64,000 nucleotides of DNA. Origin: Eledone cirrhosa (lineage: Eukaryota). Numbering within the stretch: the first letter of the stretch is position 1; each line of letters begins with the position of its first letter. Where the stretch lies: assembly GCA_964016885.1 (NCBI GenBank), contig OZ024744.1, forward strand, positions 82,770,001 to 82,834,000, in the 5' to 3' direction. This document shows, piece after piece, positions 1 to 15,328 of the stretch. The position numbers were made by a program, and so were the translations under genes. The notes beneath the pieces are model-generated. The model saw only the letters and a list, made by a program, of their open reading frames with translations. It did not search any database and was not told the DNA's origin.

Positions 1-3000
1 GATGTGTACGCATCTCCCAGCCGCCTGGGATCGGGGAGAGGAGTTACTGTGCTTTTTCGGAGAGGTTTGGATCTTGCCATACGGACCATCTTCCTGGACC
101 CAGAGGGTAAGTTGGTGGTGCTGGACGTGACCAGCGGAGACGGGCAAGCTTTAAGGAAAGTGGCCGTCTACGCCCCGACAGGAGCAGGGCGGCCTGATTT
201 ATTCCGGCGTCTGGAGACCTTTCTTGGAACGTCCCGCTCTTTAGTGTTAGTGGGCGACTGGAACGGGATCTTAGATACTCGCTGGGACTGTGTGGGATTA
301 GCGGATAGGGGAGGAGGGTGCAAGAGTCTCACCAACCTGCTCAGGCGTTTTGAACTGTCTGACAGGTATCCATTGGATTTCCCGAATGTACCAATGTGGA
401 CTTGGACAAATCGCATAGGGTCATCCAGATCATATCTAGATAGAGTATTTTGTAGGGAAATAGATAGGTCTAGCATAGACTGTCCACAATTCAAGATAGT
501 CAGCTACATGGACCACAAATTCGTGATCTGTGTGCTTGACTTAGATAGGCTTCATAGACGAGGACCCGGCTACTGGAAGCTAAATGCGTCCTTACCAGCG
601 CGCAAGGCCGACAGAGACCGGATTAGCGAACTAGTTAAGCAGGCGTTGACGGGGGCCATCGTCAACAACAAGTGGTGGTTTGCTCTGAAAAGAGCAATTA
701 AAGTAGAGTCCAATAGGTTTAGTAAGGCTTTAGCAATAGAGAAAAATAGAGCAGAGGGAGAATTAGTTAGAAAATTAGACGAGGCGCTCAGCCAAGATAT
801 CGCAACCGATGTACTTACGGCGAAATGGCCCTTGACCAATTCTTCAATGCAAAGCACGAAGGCTGCGATGTCAGAGCTAGGGTGCGTACTCTCAGACACG
901 AGGGGACGAAAGCCGTTCAATGGGCCCGTGTGGCGGAGGCGCGTCGTGGCAACAAATTCACGATCCGGTCTTTGGTGGCCCACGACGGGCGGATGCTACT
1001 CGATCCCGGGCAAATGTGTGAAGCTTTTCAGCGACAATTTGCACAGCTGTTCGGGGGCAGCGGCGGAGTGGATCGAGGGATGGACTTTAGTGTTTACCTC
1101 GACGGACTGCCGCGGCTCTCGGCCACTGAGGCGGGGTGTTGCGAAAAGCCGATAACAGCCGCTGAAGTACGGGAGGCAATGACTGGCTGCACAAGGGGTA
1201 AATCGCCTGGTTTGGATGGTCTGCCGTATGAACTTAACGTACAGATGCCAGACTTGTTCGGAGGCCTCTTGGCGGACGTCTACTGCAACTGGCAACAGAA
1301 CGGGAGAATTCCCAACTCTGTGAGTCGACGAGCTGTGGTGCTGCTGAGAAAGTATCCGAACTAGGCCGATAACATAGATAATTTTAGGCCCATATCTCTG
1401 CTAAACACAGAGTTCAAGATTTTGGCCAAGGTGCTAGCAAAGAGGTTGGCGCTTGTGGTTGGTGGTCTGGTGGGAGAGGCGCAGACGTGAGCCATTCCCA
1501 ACAGATCCATCCACGACAACCTCCACCTCATGCGATACATCGTAGAGAGCGTATCTAGGGAACCTGGCACGGGTGGGTCCTTGATCAATTTAGATCAGTC
1601 GAAAGCTTTCGATAGGGTCGACCATCGTTACCTAGCGGCAGTCCTGAGGGCGGCTTGCTTTGGGCCCGTCTTCAGAGGCTGGATCGCTGCCATGCACAGC
1701 GACATCTGCTCTGTGGTGAGAATGAACGGTTACCTTTCGGAACCGTTCAACATCATGCGCTCGGTCCGCCAAGGATGTCTCCCTCTCGTCCCTCTTGCAC
1801 GTATTGACTCTCGAGCCATTACTGCACAAACTGGAGACGTTGAGGGGCACCTGGAGAGGCAGGTCCATGCCGTCCAACAGCGTCGTCGGGCGCTGGACGG
1901 ACGTACCGGTTACATTGCTAGGTGTCTGGTTCGGTCCGGATCTCCAGACGGACAAAAACTGGGACGAGGTGACTAGCAGGGTGGCTTTTCTCACCCAGAA
2001 ATGGGCGGAGAGGAAGCTATCCCTGAAAGGTCGAGCGGAGGTGGCCAACGCGTACATCGCGTCCGTCATCTACTACCGCCTGACCGTCGTACCTTCTCCT
2101 AAGCCCGGCCTGACTGCGCTGGAACGTTTGCTCTTTCGCTTATTGTGGAAGACACGCGCTCCGATGATCAGGCGGTCCATCTGCTGTCAACACCCGCTAC
2201 GTTAAGGGATGGGCATGCCGTGGCTGATGATGCACAGACAATCGCTCAGGCTACATCTTCACCTCTTCCTCGACGGTGATCAGGTGTGATCGCCGTTTGC
2301 TAGACACCTCTTTACCCAGCTCGTCTCCTTGACGGAGCTGCAGTCCTGGGTCAAGCGAAGACCGAGAGGGAACGCTTGAAGACTGGAATGTCTTTCAGCG
2401 CTCACAGCCCTCGACCAATCGGGCAATGTGATCATGGGTGGAAGAGCGACGACGTACTTGGAGAAACTCTAGGCGTCGACGAAAATCAACTTGCCAATCT
2501 CTTCGGAAGGTCTTTCGGGCCGAGGCCTATGCACAACTTCCAGAAATCCCTGGCCTGGCAGTGCTACCGAGGAGCTTTGCCAGTTCGGGATAAACTCTAC
2601 AGGCATGGAGGTGCCGTCAGCCGGGCATGTCCGAGATGCGCGCAGGGCGACGAAATCGTCCTGCACGCACTCGTCCAGTGTCCGAGCATTGATGACTTGT
2701 GGGTTTATGTCGAACACCTGCTGTCACGTGTAGGACGGATCCAGCTATCAGCTGAGTCCATCGTGAGGATTGCCCCGCCCTCTTCCTTTAGCTGGGAAGG
2801 GCAGGCAGTTTTTATCTGTCTGGTGGCCATATCGAAAGAGATAGTATGGTGGACACGTTTGAAAGGGCTGAAGACGAGCACTTACCTCTTCGGTGATGCC
2901 CTGATTAACTTTTTCAAATTTCATTTGAAAAGGAAAATCAGGGTAGAGAGGGAAGTGCTCTCTTCCCAGCATTTTGTTGAAAGATGGGTGAGAGAAGCAA

Positions 3001-3280
3001 GTATGGCCCGAATGAATGGGCCTTCTCTGAGTATGTGTCTCTATATTAAAGGTGGAAAACTGGGAGAGGGCACTTGCCCTGGTGGTCAGGGTCACTGTGG
3101 TCTTTTAATGGGCTTTCTCCACAAATGTCCCTCGGAAGTCTCCCCCCTATTCTTTGTTATTTTATTACATCCTCTGTTTTTTTTTACACGCAGAAATGCC
3201 CATTTGTACCGTCCTGTATTGTCCTGTACTGTCCTTAATGTCTACTTTATGTAAACCCTTGTGGTTAATAAAGAAAACAT
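1..3280 (+). mobile_element. Tx1/L1-clade non-LTR retrotransposon, degenerate ORF2 (APE endonuclease, RT, zinc-binding domain) plus 3' UTR; cut by the window edge
   Basis: Frameshifted ORFs 4-1155, 825-1364, 1530-1976, 1795-2205 and 2376-3254 carry APE motifs (VYAP, VGDWN, SYLDRVF, DHKFV, YWKLN), RT motifs (KSPGLDG, DQSKAFDRVDH, SVRQGC) and CPRC..E...HALVQC. AATAAA at 3267 is followed by a (TAT)n tail. The YADD region is deleted near 1850. Confidence 0.95.
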
Positions 3281-3301
3281 TATTATTATTTTTATTATTA
3301 A

Positions 3302-3332
<31 letters not shown>

Positions 3333-3653
3333 TAAAACAGGACATCGAAATCACTCAGCAGCGCGCCCAAGACCTTTTATCGATCACGAGGGAAAGAAAA
3401 GAAAACATAGTGAAGAGAGAGGAAGAAAGAGAAAAAGAGAAAAAAAGAAAGGGGAATGGAAGGAAACCCTTTTGGATTATCTCCCTTTCCCTTCTCCCGT
3501 TGCTGACTGTTTTTGATGTCCAATTTTAAACGCCGAAACATCTATGATCGCAGTTAACATCTGATGAAGGGTTTCTTCTCTTATTTACGTCCATATTACT
3601 ATCTTACACTTTGTTTACAGTAACCACACGGCCCGTTTCGTTTCTTAGAAATT

Positions 3654-3990
3654 GAACAACACAAAATATAACTACTCCATTACCAAAGGTTTCTGAATCA
3701 CGGACGATAATAAAATAATACACGTCTAGGATGGTCGTCAGACAGGGATGTTATAGATAAAAGATGTGAAAATAATTGTTTTTGTTCTCATATCTTTTAT
3801 CTATAACATCTGTGTCTGACGAGCGATCCAGACGTATATTATTTTATTATCGTCTGTGATCCAGAAACCTTTGGTAATGGAGTAGTTAAATTTGTGTTGT
3901 TCACTTTGTGTTGTTCCTAATTAAATAGCTCTGTTCTATACGTAGAACACTCTTTTTTCCTTTGCTTTTCCTTCGGAATTACCTAACACA
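3654..3990 (+). mobile_element. Fold-back element: imperfect palindrome of about 250 bp plus unique tail (PLE-like relic)
   Basis: Arms 3654-3770 and 3788-3902 are reverse complements (actactccattaccaaaggtttctg / cagaaacctttggtaatggagtagt). The tail gctctgttctatacgtagaacactct...cggaattac is homologous to 44885-44957 (-) and 31755-31825 (+). Confidence 0.65.
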
Positions 3991-4665
3991 CATATATATA
4001 ACATAAATTCTTATCTTTACATAGAATACCAAAACTTATAAGTAATTTACTATTTATAAGAAAGTTTGAAGCTAACAAATAGTGTAATATTAAACATTCA
4101 TAAGATCATTCGAAAGTTATAAAATAGAAAAAAATGAGATAATACTTTTATTTGCTCTCGTAGTTATGTATGGAGGTTTCTGGGGAATTTTTTTTAACCT
4201 GGTAGAACCCATCTCCTCTTGGCTATAGATTCGATAATAGATCTAATGGAAAACGGTCGTTAACGTTTCTTAATACATAGTTATTTCAATGTATTTTTCG
4301 ATGTCAGCAACATTTGAATCCGTCCGTCGGTTATACTATATGAACAATATTTCATTCATTTCTTTAAGATTAGAATTGTTATAACAATATTCGGATGGAC
4401 ACTAAAGTCAATGGAGTGATTTTAAAAAGAGGTGCATGTAAGTTAAAAAAATAAAAGTTTTTTTTCTTTATATAAGATATATTTCTCAGTCCGACATGGC
4501 CTACCACCATTACAATGATGTTGAAAAACGATTAAACAAACAAATAAATAAGAATTATGAGTGAGTTAAGAGTCCATTGTCGTAGTTTCAATGCCCGGTG
4601 TAAAGAGTTTTGTACCCTTTACTGTAAAGACAGTTATGAATACTCTATGAAGCAAAAAATCACCA

Positions 4666-5001
4666 TTTTCTTCTTCTTCTTCTTCTTCTTCTTCTTCTTC
4701 TTCTTCTTCTTCTTCTTCTTCTTCTTCTTCTTCTTCTTCTTCTTCTTCTTCTTCTTCTTCTTCTTCTTCTTCTTCTTCTTCTTCTTCTTCTTCTTCTTCT
4801 TCTTCTTCTCCTCCTCCTCCTCCTCCTCCTCTCCTCCTCGCTCTCCGCCGCCTCCCCCTCCTTCTCTTCTTCTTCTTCCGCTTCCTCCTCCTCGCTCTCC
4901 TCACTCTCCTCTTTCTTCTCCTGACTCTCCTCGCCCTCCTCTGGCTCCTCACCCCCTGCTCTTCCTTCTGCTCTCCCTCCTCGTCCACATCCTCCTCCTT
5001 G

Positions 5002-5044
<43 letters not shown>

Positions 5045-5085
5045 TGTCGTCGTCATTGTAATCATCATAATCATAACCATCATCT
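4666..5085. repeat. Compound microsatellite (TTC)n-(TCC)n-(TCA)n
   Basis: Read directly from the sequence. Confidence 0.95.
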
Positions 5086-5181
5086 CCTATTTCTACGTCT
5101 ACTTTACTCACCCTCTTCCATCTATTTTACTGTATTTCGTCTTCTTTTTCTCTATTATTATAACGTTCCAAGTGCAGTAGT

Positions 5182-5575
5182 TTGGCAGTATCGGTAGAGG
5201 GTCGGACACCATACTTTACAGCATGGAGTTACGGCCCTTTATGGTCTGAGTTCAAATCCCGCCGAGGTTAACTTTGCCTTTCATTCTTACGGGGGGTCGA
5301 TAAAATAAAGTACCAGTAATCCACTGGGATAATTGCTGACCTTGTGCTAAAATTAGAAACAATTATTGCTATTACCTTATCCTTACTATTATATTTTAAT
5401 TATACACTTATTTCATACTATATTTCATTATTTTTTGATAATGCCCTTGCCATTCTGAGTTAGAATCCCGCCGAGGTTAACTTTGCCTTTCGTCCTTACG
5501 GGGGTCGATAAAATAAAGTACCAGTAATACACTGGGATAATTGCTGGCCTTGTGCCAAAAGTAGAAACAATTATT
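5182..5575 (+). mobile_element. tRNA-derived SINE: one near-full copy plus one 5'-truncated copy
   Basis: A-box-like TGGCAGTATCGGTAG, B-box GAGTTCAAATCC, core GCCTTTCATCCTTACGGGGTCGATAAAATAAAGTACCAG, and tail GGCCTTGTGCCAAAAGTAGAAACAATT, all shared with about 35 copies in the window. Confidence 0.9.
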
Positions 5576-5787
5576 TTTTGAATATTTATTTCACAAACGA
5601 CATTTCTCGATTGGAGGTTTTTCGCTTTATTCCATTCATCGCTGTGCTGCCATTTTATCGCTCTTTGGCATCTCTTCCGTTTTCAAAAGAACTCAGTCGC
5701 TTATCACAAAACGATATCACGTGCTTCCTCTTTCTATGCGGAAGACGAAAAGCAAATAACTGAAACAAACGTTACATTTTCACCAGC

Positions 5788-5799
5788 TTATATATATAT

Positions 5800-5836
<37 letters not shown>

Positions 5837-5839
5837 TAA

Positions 5840-5870
<31 letters not shown>

Positions 5871-5978
5871 CACACACATGCGCATACACACATACACATA
5901 CTTTATAAAAATACCGTGTGTACCGTGTGTGTGCCTTTGTGTGCCTATGTCACACAAACACCCACACACACACACATA

Positions 5979-6051
<73 letters not shown>

Positions 6052-6104
6052 TTAAACCTATTCATAAAAATATACATATATATAAATATATATATCCATA
6101 TATA

Positions 6105-6170
<66 letters not shown>

Positions 6171-6255
6171 CATATGTATATATATATATATATTCATATA
6201 TATATATTTGAATAGGTATCTATATTTATACGCGTGTGTGTATGAGTATGTATAT

Positions 6256-6320
<65 letters not shown>

Positions 6321-6983
6321 CAATCAAACAGACACTCAAACACAAATATATGTTGCAGTATGCTTAAGAAATGACCGAAAAAATGCAAAATATTTAAGAA
6401 AAAAATGACGATAAATTGAACCAGGTAAGGTTAACAAATAAATATATAAATATATATTCATAAATATATAACTGTATTATAGAGAAAAGAAAAAATACTA
6501 CTGTTAATACTACTGATGATAATGATGATGACGATAACGAAGAGAGTAATAACAACAACAATAATGTTTATAATAACAATAGAAGTAATAATAATAATGA
6601 TAATAAAAACAATAACAAAATAAAAAAATATAATAAATACAAGTAGAAAATAAAGAGAAAAGAGAAAAAAAATTAAATTATATTTGTGTGTAGTACATAT
6701 ATATACTTATGTGTGTGTGTGTGTATGTGTATGTGTGTGTATATATATATATATATACATATGTATATATGTATATGTATATATATGTATATATATATAT
6801 ATATGTATATATGTATATATGTATATATATATATATATACATTTATATATACATATTTATATATACATATGTATATATATATACATATATATGTGTTTAT
6901 AAATATATATATATATATATGCATATATGTGTGTTTACACACACACACACACACGCGCACAAACACACACACACTCACACACA

Positions 6984-7058
<75 letters not shown>

Positions 7059-7391
7059 GTGTATAATTATACATATTTTCGAAGAAACACACATAAATAA
7101 TTGAAAAAAAAAAAATAAAAAGAAGAATAAGAAGCAAATTAAAACAACAAACAAACAAAGGAAGAAAACTCTCCAGCATTGAAGTGACGAAAGGATGTAT
7201 CCTTAAGCGACACTGATTGGATCGGATATCGCTTTTCAGAAGTGAACGTCAATAAATGTCGATTTGGGAGATGGGAAGATTTGCATTATTTTTTAACACA
7301 TCAACATATCTCTTTTGGACTTTATTTTTTAGCTTTGTGCTACTTTATCTCAGTTTCCTTTCCCTCTACTTCTCTCTCTCTCTCTCTCTCT

Positions 7392-7456
<65 letters not shown>

Positions 7457-7473
7457 ACACTCTCTCTCTCTCA

Positions 7474-7552
<79 letters not shown>

Positions 7553-7668
7553 ACTTTCACACACGTATGTATATATATAATATATATATATATATATATG
7601 GGTGTGTGTGTGTGTCGGTGTGCGTATATATTTAGATGTTTATACATACACATACGTAAAACATACAT

Positions 7669-7709
<41 letters not shown>

Positions 7710-7828
7710 AATACTGTACATATATATATATGTATATATATATATGTGTGTACGTGTACGTATGTTTACGTATGTGTAGGTATAAACATCTAAATATGCA
7801 CGCACACAGACACACACACACACGCGTA

Positions 7829-7880
<52 letters not shown>

Positions 7881-7900
7881 CGTGTGTGAGAGTAAGATAG

Positions 7901-7934
<34 letters not shown>

Positions 7935-8035
7935 AGGGGGAGAGGGAGAGAAGTAGAGGGAAAAGAAACTGAGATAAAGTAGCACAAAGCTAAAAAATAA
8001 AGTCCAAAAGAGATATGTTGATGTGTTGCATACAC

Positions 8036-8119
<84 letters not shown>

Positions 8120-8438
8120 AGTATATAAGTAAACGCAGGGCATGTGTATGAGTGTACGTGTGTGTGGGTGTATAGTGTATACATATTTTGGTAGAGATCC
8201 ATAAATGAAGATAAAGTTATAGAAGACTTTATGTTAATAATATATATGTATATCTATAAATCGTTACAGACATGTGGATGTATGTTTTTTTGCATGAGTA
8301 AATGTTTATATAGTCGTTATATAGTTATGTAATATATGTACATATACATATACTTATACATACATACATATATACATACATGCATACATATATACATACA
8401 TACATACATACATACATAATACATACATAATGCACACG

Positions 8439-8490
<52 letters not shown>

Positions 8491-8510
8491 TGTATGTGTG
8501 TGTGTGTGTG

Positions 8511-8550
<40 letters not shown>

Positions 8551-8596
8551 TATATACTTCTAATCCCTTATTCTATTCATCCATACATTCATCCAC

Positions 8597-8627
<31 letters not shown>

Positions 8628-9174
8628 TGTATGTATGTATGTATGTATGTACGTATGTATGTATGTATGTATGTATGTATGTATGTATGTATGTACGCAC
8701 GTATGTATGTAGTTTTTATGTATACACATACGTATTTATGAACATATATGATGTATGTATGCATGTAAGTATGCATGTATTTCTTTTGTATCTATATGTA
8801 TAATATTATATATAATATATTCATATATATATATATTCATATATACGCACACCCATGAATATGCATACATGTCTGTATGTGTGTGGTTATGTGTAAGTGG
8901 TGGTGTATTTACAATGGAGATTTATCTTTATTTTTTTTATAGATTATGAACGTGTTACATAAATGTTGTATGTTTAAGTCATAATTTTTTTCCCGCAAAA
9001 ACCCAACTTGTCGTTGGTAAAGCCTCTGGTGCATATATATACATATATAATATATATACACACACACACACACGTATAGATATATATATAGAGAGAGAGA
9101 TAGATAAGTGTGTGTATATATATATATGTTTTTATATATATAAACATATATATATATATGTATATTTACATATA

Positions 9175-9222
<48 letters not shown>

Positions 9223-9250
9223 TATATATAACACACATATATTATATATA

Positions 9251-9284
<34 letters not shown>

Positions 9285-9310
9285 ATATAATATATATATA
9301 TATATACAGA
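5788..9310. repeat. Microsatellite field: (TA)n, (CA)n, (CT)n, (CTAT)n, (CATA)n/(TATG)n
   Basis: Read directly. The ORFs called here are low-complexity artefacts. Confidence 0.95.
7296..8030. repeat. Inverted duplication (about 7296-7700 vs about 7775-8030) that includes the microsatellites
   Basis: acacatcaacatatctcttttggactttattttttagctttgtgctactttatctcag at 7296 is reverse-complemented at 7969-8027. The (CT)n/(CTAT)n tracts are mirrored as (GATA)n/(GA)n. Confidence 0.85.
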
Positions 9311-10104
9311 CATTATTTTCTGTCTTTGTATTCTCTCTGCTCCACCCCTTATTTTTATTCTTTTTTTTTTTTTATTTTACATTGTAAATTTTTACCTTTA
9401 TTTCTATTTCGCTTCCGTGTTTTCTTTTCTTCTTTTCCTCTTTCCTTCTCTTTTCATTCCTTCCTTTACTCCTTTAATTCTGCCTTCTTTCTTCCTTTTT
9501 TTGTCCTTTACATCCTACTTTATTTTATTCGCTCAACGATATTTTTCTTTGCATTTTTTCTATCATTTTTTGAAATATAAAGAAACTACGGCATTACAAA
9601 AACACTATCGGAAACAATCTTAACAACACCTCTTCTCAAGATGGGTTATCGAAGAATAATCTTATGAAAGTATAATAGCTATTAGGATTAGCCTAGAGGT
9701 GATGGAAACTTGAAGAATAAGGACCATATTAAAACAAGCCAGAGCAAGAAAAACATTCATTTTCTTTTCCCCATTTCTTTTCTATTCTTTTCCTTTCTTG
9801 ATATTTATTCTTTATTTCCATCAGAAAATAAGAAAGTAGATAAAATCAAACACAAAAAAAGGGTAGAGAGAAAGGTGTAAAATTTGTTGTTATGGCGATC
9901 GTTTTGGAAGAATTTGTAAAAACTTATGTAACAACTGTTTTTTACCTCTTACGATTCACGTTGATAAATAGACTTAATTTGTCCTTTACATTTGGTAATC
10001 AGCAGACATGAAATAACAGATTCAAATTGATATTCTGATAATAACGAAAAAAATCCCATCATCATCGCCGTTATCATCGCCCGTCGTTTTCGGTCATCGG
10101 CATT

Positions 10105-10117
10105 GTTGTCGTCGTCG

Positions 10118-10167
<50 letters not shown>

Positions 10168-10854
10168 TCCATTATCATAATCATCATCATTATCGTCTTC
10201 CATCATCATCCTGATTATCGCTATCTTCGCTTCTTCTTCTTCTTCTTCTTCTTCTTCTTCTTCTTCTTCTTCTTCTTCTTCTTCTTCTTCTTCTCCTTCT
10301 CCCCTCCCTCCTCCTCCTCCCTCCTCCTCCTCCTCCCTCCTTCTCCTCAACCTTCCTCTCATTCCCCCCTTCTCCTATTCAACCCCCTCCTCCCCTCCCC
10401 CCCCCCCCTCCCCCCCCCCCCCCCCGCCCCTCCCCCCCCCCCCCCACCCCCCCCCCCCTCCCCCCCTCCTCCCCCTCCTTCTTCTTCTTCTTCTTCTTCT
10501 TCTTCTTCTTCTTCTTCTTCTTCTTCTTCTTCTTCTTCTTCTTCTTCTTCTTCTTCTTCTTCTTCTTCTCCCGTCCCACCACCAACTACATTCTCAACAT
10601 CACCATCATCATCACCATCATCACCATCATCATCATCATCATCATCATCAGATCAACTAACATCATCATCATCATCATTATTGTTATAATTATTATATCA
10701 TTCATTCTTAATATTGTTGCTGTTGCTGTTGTTGTCATCATCATTATTGTTATAATTATTATATCATTCATTCTTAATATTGTTGCTGTTGCTGTTGTTG
10801 TTACAGCTTCATTTTGTTATTGTTTTATTTCTATTTACTGTTGTCGTTATCATT

Positions 10855-10886
<32 letters not shown>

Positions 10887-11160
10887 CATTCTCATTATCA
10901 ATCCATTCCTTCCCTCCCTCCCTCCCTCCCTACCTTCCTCTCTCCATCACTACCCTCCACCCGCTCTCCTCGTCCACCTTCTCCTCGTCTTCACCCCCCT
11001 CACCCCCCATCCCCCCTCCGTGCCTCCATCTCTCCGGCCCACCCGCTCTCCTTCTCCACCTCCTCTTCCTCCTCCTCCTCCTCCTCACCATCCGCACCAC
11101 CATCATCAGTCATCATCATTATCATCATCGTCTACATCATCTTCGTCATTATCATCATTT
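10105..11160. repeat. Low-complexity tract: (TCA)n, (TTC)n, C-rich runs, (GTT)n
   Basis: Read directly. The C-runs at 10380-10475 give G-quadruplex-capable sequence on the - strand. Confidence 0.9.
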
Positions 11161-11386
11161 TATTTAAATAGACATTTGTTTTTATTTAAAACATCCTTTT
11201 TGTTTTTTTTTAAATATATATATTTATATATAAATATACATAATACATAATACATAATACATAACTATTAAGCTCTGTTACCTACATACATCCTTTCCTT
11301 CTTCCTTTTCCAGCCTCACTTTCATATAGATTATATATATATATTTTTTTTTAAAAATCCAACGCCAATAAATACACCAGGATTTC

Positions 11387-11447
11387 TTTCATTCTGATGA
11401 TTGAAAGAAAAATTTGTTTGCTTTTAAGAAACCACTGGTAAATGAAA
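11387..11447 (+). ncRNA. Type I hammerhead ribozyme motif inside a repeat element (11295-11478)
   Basis: TTTCATT-CTGATGA-TTGAAAG[13 nt]CTTTTAA-GAAA-CCACTGG-TA^-AATGAAA. Stem I is 7 bp, the core is intact, and a GUA cleavage site is predicted after 11440. Confidence 0.85.
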
Positions 11448-11472
11448 TAATTGCCTTATGTTGTTTATTACA

Positions 11473-11511
<39 letters not shown>

Positions 11512-11731
11512 TTGTTTATATAACCAAACATTTGAGTATATGTGTCTCTAAGGGCAAACGAATACTTTCGCAAGATTGTGCAACTCTTTTCACTCTTATA
11601 GGTGTTTCTAGAAATCAGAAGATAGTGAAAAAATATTTAAGTTTAAGTTTTCTTCTCGTATTATTTCATGGCCTGTAGGGCAGGATAAATCTTGATTGTT
11701 GTGTATATATATATATATATATATATATTTA

Positions 11732-12150
<419 letters not shown>

Positions 12151-12561
12151 TAATGCTTTCTTTATTAACCGCAAGGGTTTACATAAAGTAGACATTAAGG
12201 ACAGTACAGGACAATACAGGACGGTACAAATGGGCATATCTGCGTGTAAAAAACAAAAACAGAGGATGTAACAAAAAATTAACAATGAAAAATTCCCAAA
12301 TACGGGGGAGACTTCCGAGGGATTTTCGTGGAGAAAGCCCATTAAAAAGCCACAGTAACCCTGACCACCAGGGCAAGTGCCCTCCCAGTTTTCCACCTTT
12401 AATTTACAGACATATTCACTCGGGCCATTCTTGCCTCTCTCAGCCATCTTTCAACAAAATGCTGGGAAGAGAGCACTTCCTTCTCTACCTTGAAATTTGA
12501 AAAAGTTAATCAGGGCATCACCGAAGAGGTAAGTGCTCGTCTTCAGCCCTTTCAAACGTGT

Positions 12562-15328
12562 CTACCATACTATCTCTTTCGCCATGGCCACCAGACAGAT
12601 AAAAACTGCCTGCCCTTCCCAGCTAAAGGAAGAGGGCGGGGCAATCCTCACGATGGACTCAGTTGATAGCTGGATCCGTCCTACACGCGACAGCAGGTGT
12701 TCGACATAAAGCCACAAGTCAGCAATGCTCGGACACTGGACGAGTGCGTGCAGGACGGTTTCGTCGCCCTGCGCGCATCTCGGACATGCCTGGCTGACGG
12801 CACCTCCATGCCTGTAGAGTTTATCCCGAACTGGCAAAGGTCCTCGGTAGCACTGCCAGGCCAGAGATTTCTGGAAGTTGTCCTTAGTCCCCGGCCCGAA
12901 AGTCCTTTCGAAGAGATTGGCTAGTTGCTTTTCGTCGACGCCTAGAGTTTCCCCATGTACGTCGTCGCTCTTCCCCTCCACTAATCCTCTATAGAACGCC
13001 AGGGTGGAGTTTCCACCGATCACATTGCCCGATTGGTCGAGAGCTGTGAGCGCCTGAAGACATTTCAGTTTCCAGGTGCTCCCTCCCGATCTTCGCTTGA
13101 CCAAGGACTGCAGCTCCGTCAAGGAGACGAGCTGGTGAAAGACGCGTCTAGCAAACGGCGACGACACCTGATCACCGTCGGGGAAGAGGTGGAGATATCG
13201 TAGCCTGAGCGCGTGTCTGCGCATCATCAGCCACAGCATGCCCAGCCCTCCACGTAGCGGATTTTGACAGCAGATGGACCGCTTGACCATCGGAGAGCGT
13301 CGCTTCCACAAAAAGCGAAATAGCAAACGCTCCAGCGCAGTCAGGCGAGGCATAGGACAAGGTACGACGGTCAGGCGGTAATAGATGACGGACGCGATGT
13401 ACGCGTTAGCGACCACCACTCGACCTTTCAGGGATAGCTTACTCTCTGCCCATTTCTGGGTGAGAGAATCCATCCTGCTCGTTACCTGCTCGTCACCAAA
13501 ACCAGCCGCCCTCAGAACTGCCGCCAGATAACGATGGTCGACCCTATCGAAAGCTTTCGACTGATTTAAATTGATCAAGGACCCACCTGTGCCAGGTTCC
13601 CTTGCTACCCTCTCCACGCTGTATCGCATGAGGGGGAGGTTGTCGTGTATGGATCTGTCGAGAATGGCCCATCTCTGCGCCTCTCCCACCAGACGACCAA
13701 CGACAAGCGCAAACCTCTTTGCTAGCACCTTGGCCAAAATCTTGAACTGTGTGTTTAGCAGAGTTATGGGCCTAAAATTATCTATGTTATCCCCCTTGTT
13801 CGCAACCTTTCTCAGCAGCGTCACCGCTCCTCGGCTCACAGAGCTGGGAATTCTCCCGTTCTGTTGCCAGTTGCAGTAGACGTCCGCCAAGAGGCCTCCG
13901 AAGAAGTCTGGCATCTGTACGTAAAGTTCATAGGGCAGACCATCCAAATCAGGCGATTTACCCCTTGTGCAGCCAGTCATTGCCTCCCGTACTTCAGCGG
14001 CTGTTATCGGCTTTTCGCAACACCCCGCCTCAGTGGCCGAGAGCCGCGACAGTCCGTCGAGGTAGACACTAAAGTCCATCACTCGATCCGGCCCGCAGCT
14101 TCCCCCGAACAGCTGAGCGAAGTGTCGCTGAAAAGCTTCACACATTTGCCTGGGATCGAGTAGCATGCGCCCGTCGTGGTCCACTAAAGACCGCATCTTC
14201 GCTTTGCTGCTACGGCGCGCCTCCGCCACTTGGGCCCATTGAACGACTTTCGCCCCCTCGTGTCTGAGAGCACGCACCCTAGCTTTGCAACGCAAACTTC
14301 GTGCTTTGCATTGAAGAATTGGTCAAGGGCCAATTTCGCTGCAAGTACGTCGGTCGCGATACCTTTGCTAAGCGCCTCGTCTAATTTTCCCTCTGCTCGT
14401 CTAGTTCTCCCGCAGCTCTATTTTTCTCTATAGCTAAAGCCTTACTAAACCTAATGGACTCTATTCTAATCGCTCTTTTCAGAGCAAACCACCGCTTGTT
14501 GTTGTGGATGGCCCCCGTCAACGCCCGCTTAACTAGTTCACTAATCCGGTCTCTGTAGGCCTTGCGCGCTGGTAAAGACGCGTTTAGCTTCCAGTAGCCG
14601 GGTCCTCGTCTATGAAGCCTATCTAAGTCAAGCACTCAGATCACGAATTTGTGGTCCGTGTAGCTGACTATCTTGAATTGTGGACAGTCTATGCTAGACC
14701 TATCTATTTTCCTACAAAATACTCTATCTAGATATGATCTGCATGACCATATGCGATTTGTCCAAGTCCACATTGGCACATTCGGGAAATCCAATCGGTA
14801 CCTGTCAGACAGTTCAAAACGCCTGAGCCGGTTGGTAAGGCTCTTGCACCCTCCTCCTAATCCCACCCAGTCCCAGCCTATATCTAAGATCCCGTTCCAG
14901 TCGCCCACTAACACTGAAGAGCGGAACGTTCCAAGAAAGGTCTCCTGACGCCGGAAGAAATCAGGCCGCCCTGCTCCTGTCGGGGCATAGACGGCCACTA
15001 GCTTGAAAGCTTGTCCGTCTCCGCTGGTCACGTCTAGCACCACCAACTTACCTTCTGGGTCCAGGAAGATGGCCCGTATGGCGAGATCCAAACCTCTCCG
15101 AAAAAGAACAGCAATTCCCCCCCCCCCCCCCGCTCCCGGACGGCTGGGAGATGCGTACACATCGTAGCCGCCGAAGATCGGTGCGAAGGCTCGTGCTTCG
15201 GAGATTCTGGTCTCGTTGATGGCCACTACATCTATGTTTAGTGACCTGTGGTCGTTGAGCAGGTGGCCCTGCTTCCATGACAACCCCAAGTCACGCGCAT
15301 TTATGCTGCCTATTCTGAGTGAGGTCAT
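12562..15328 (-). pseudogene. Tx1-type ORF2 (APE-RT-zinc-binding domain), frameshifted, RT core deleted
   Basis: Start ATG at 15328. The RT jumps from AAGFG to DEQVTSR near 13497, removing the QG-to-YADD segment. Confidence 0.9.

Noticed and set aside
5182-5366. tRNA genes at the GTTCAAATCC motifs
   Set aside because: These are tRNA-derived SINE heads followed by SINE core and tail; no intact cloverleaf is evident.
7180-7250. Hammerhead-like hairpins (also 3561, 39520, 55497, 56040)
   Set aside because: Core nucleotides or stem I are missing, so they are not supportable as ribozymes.
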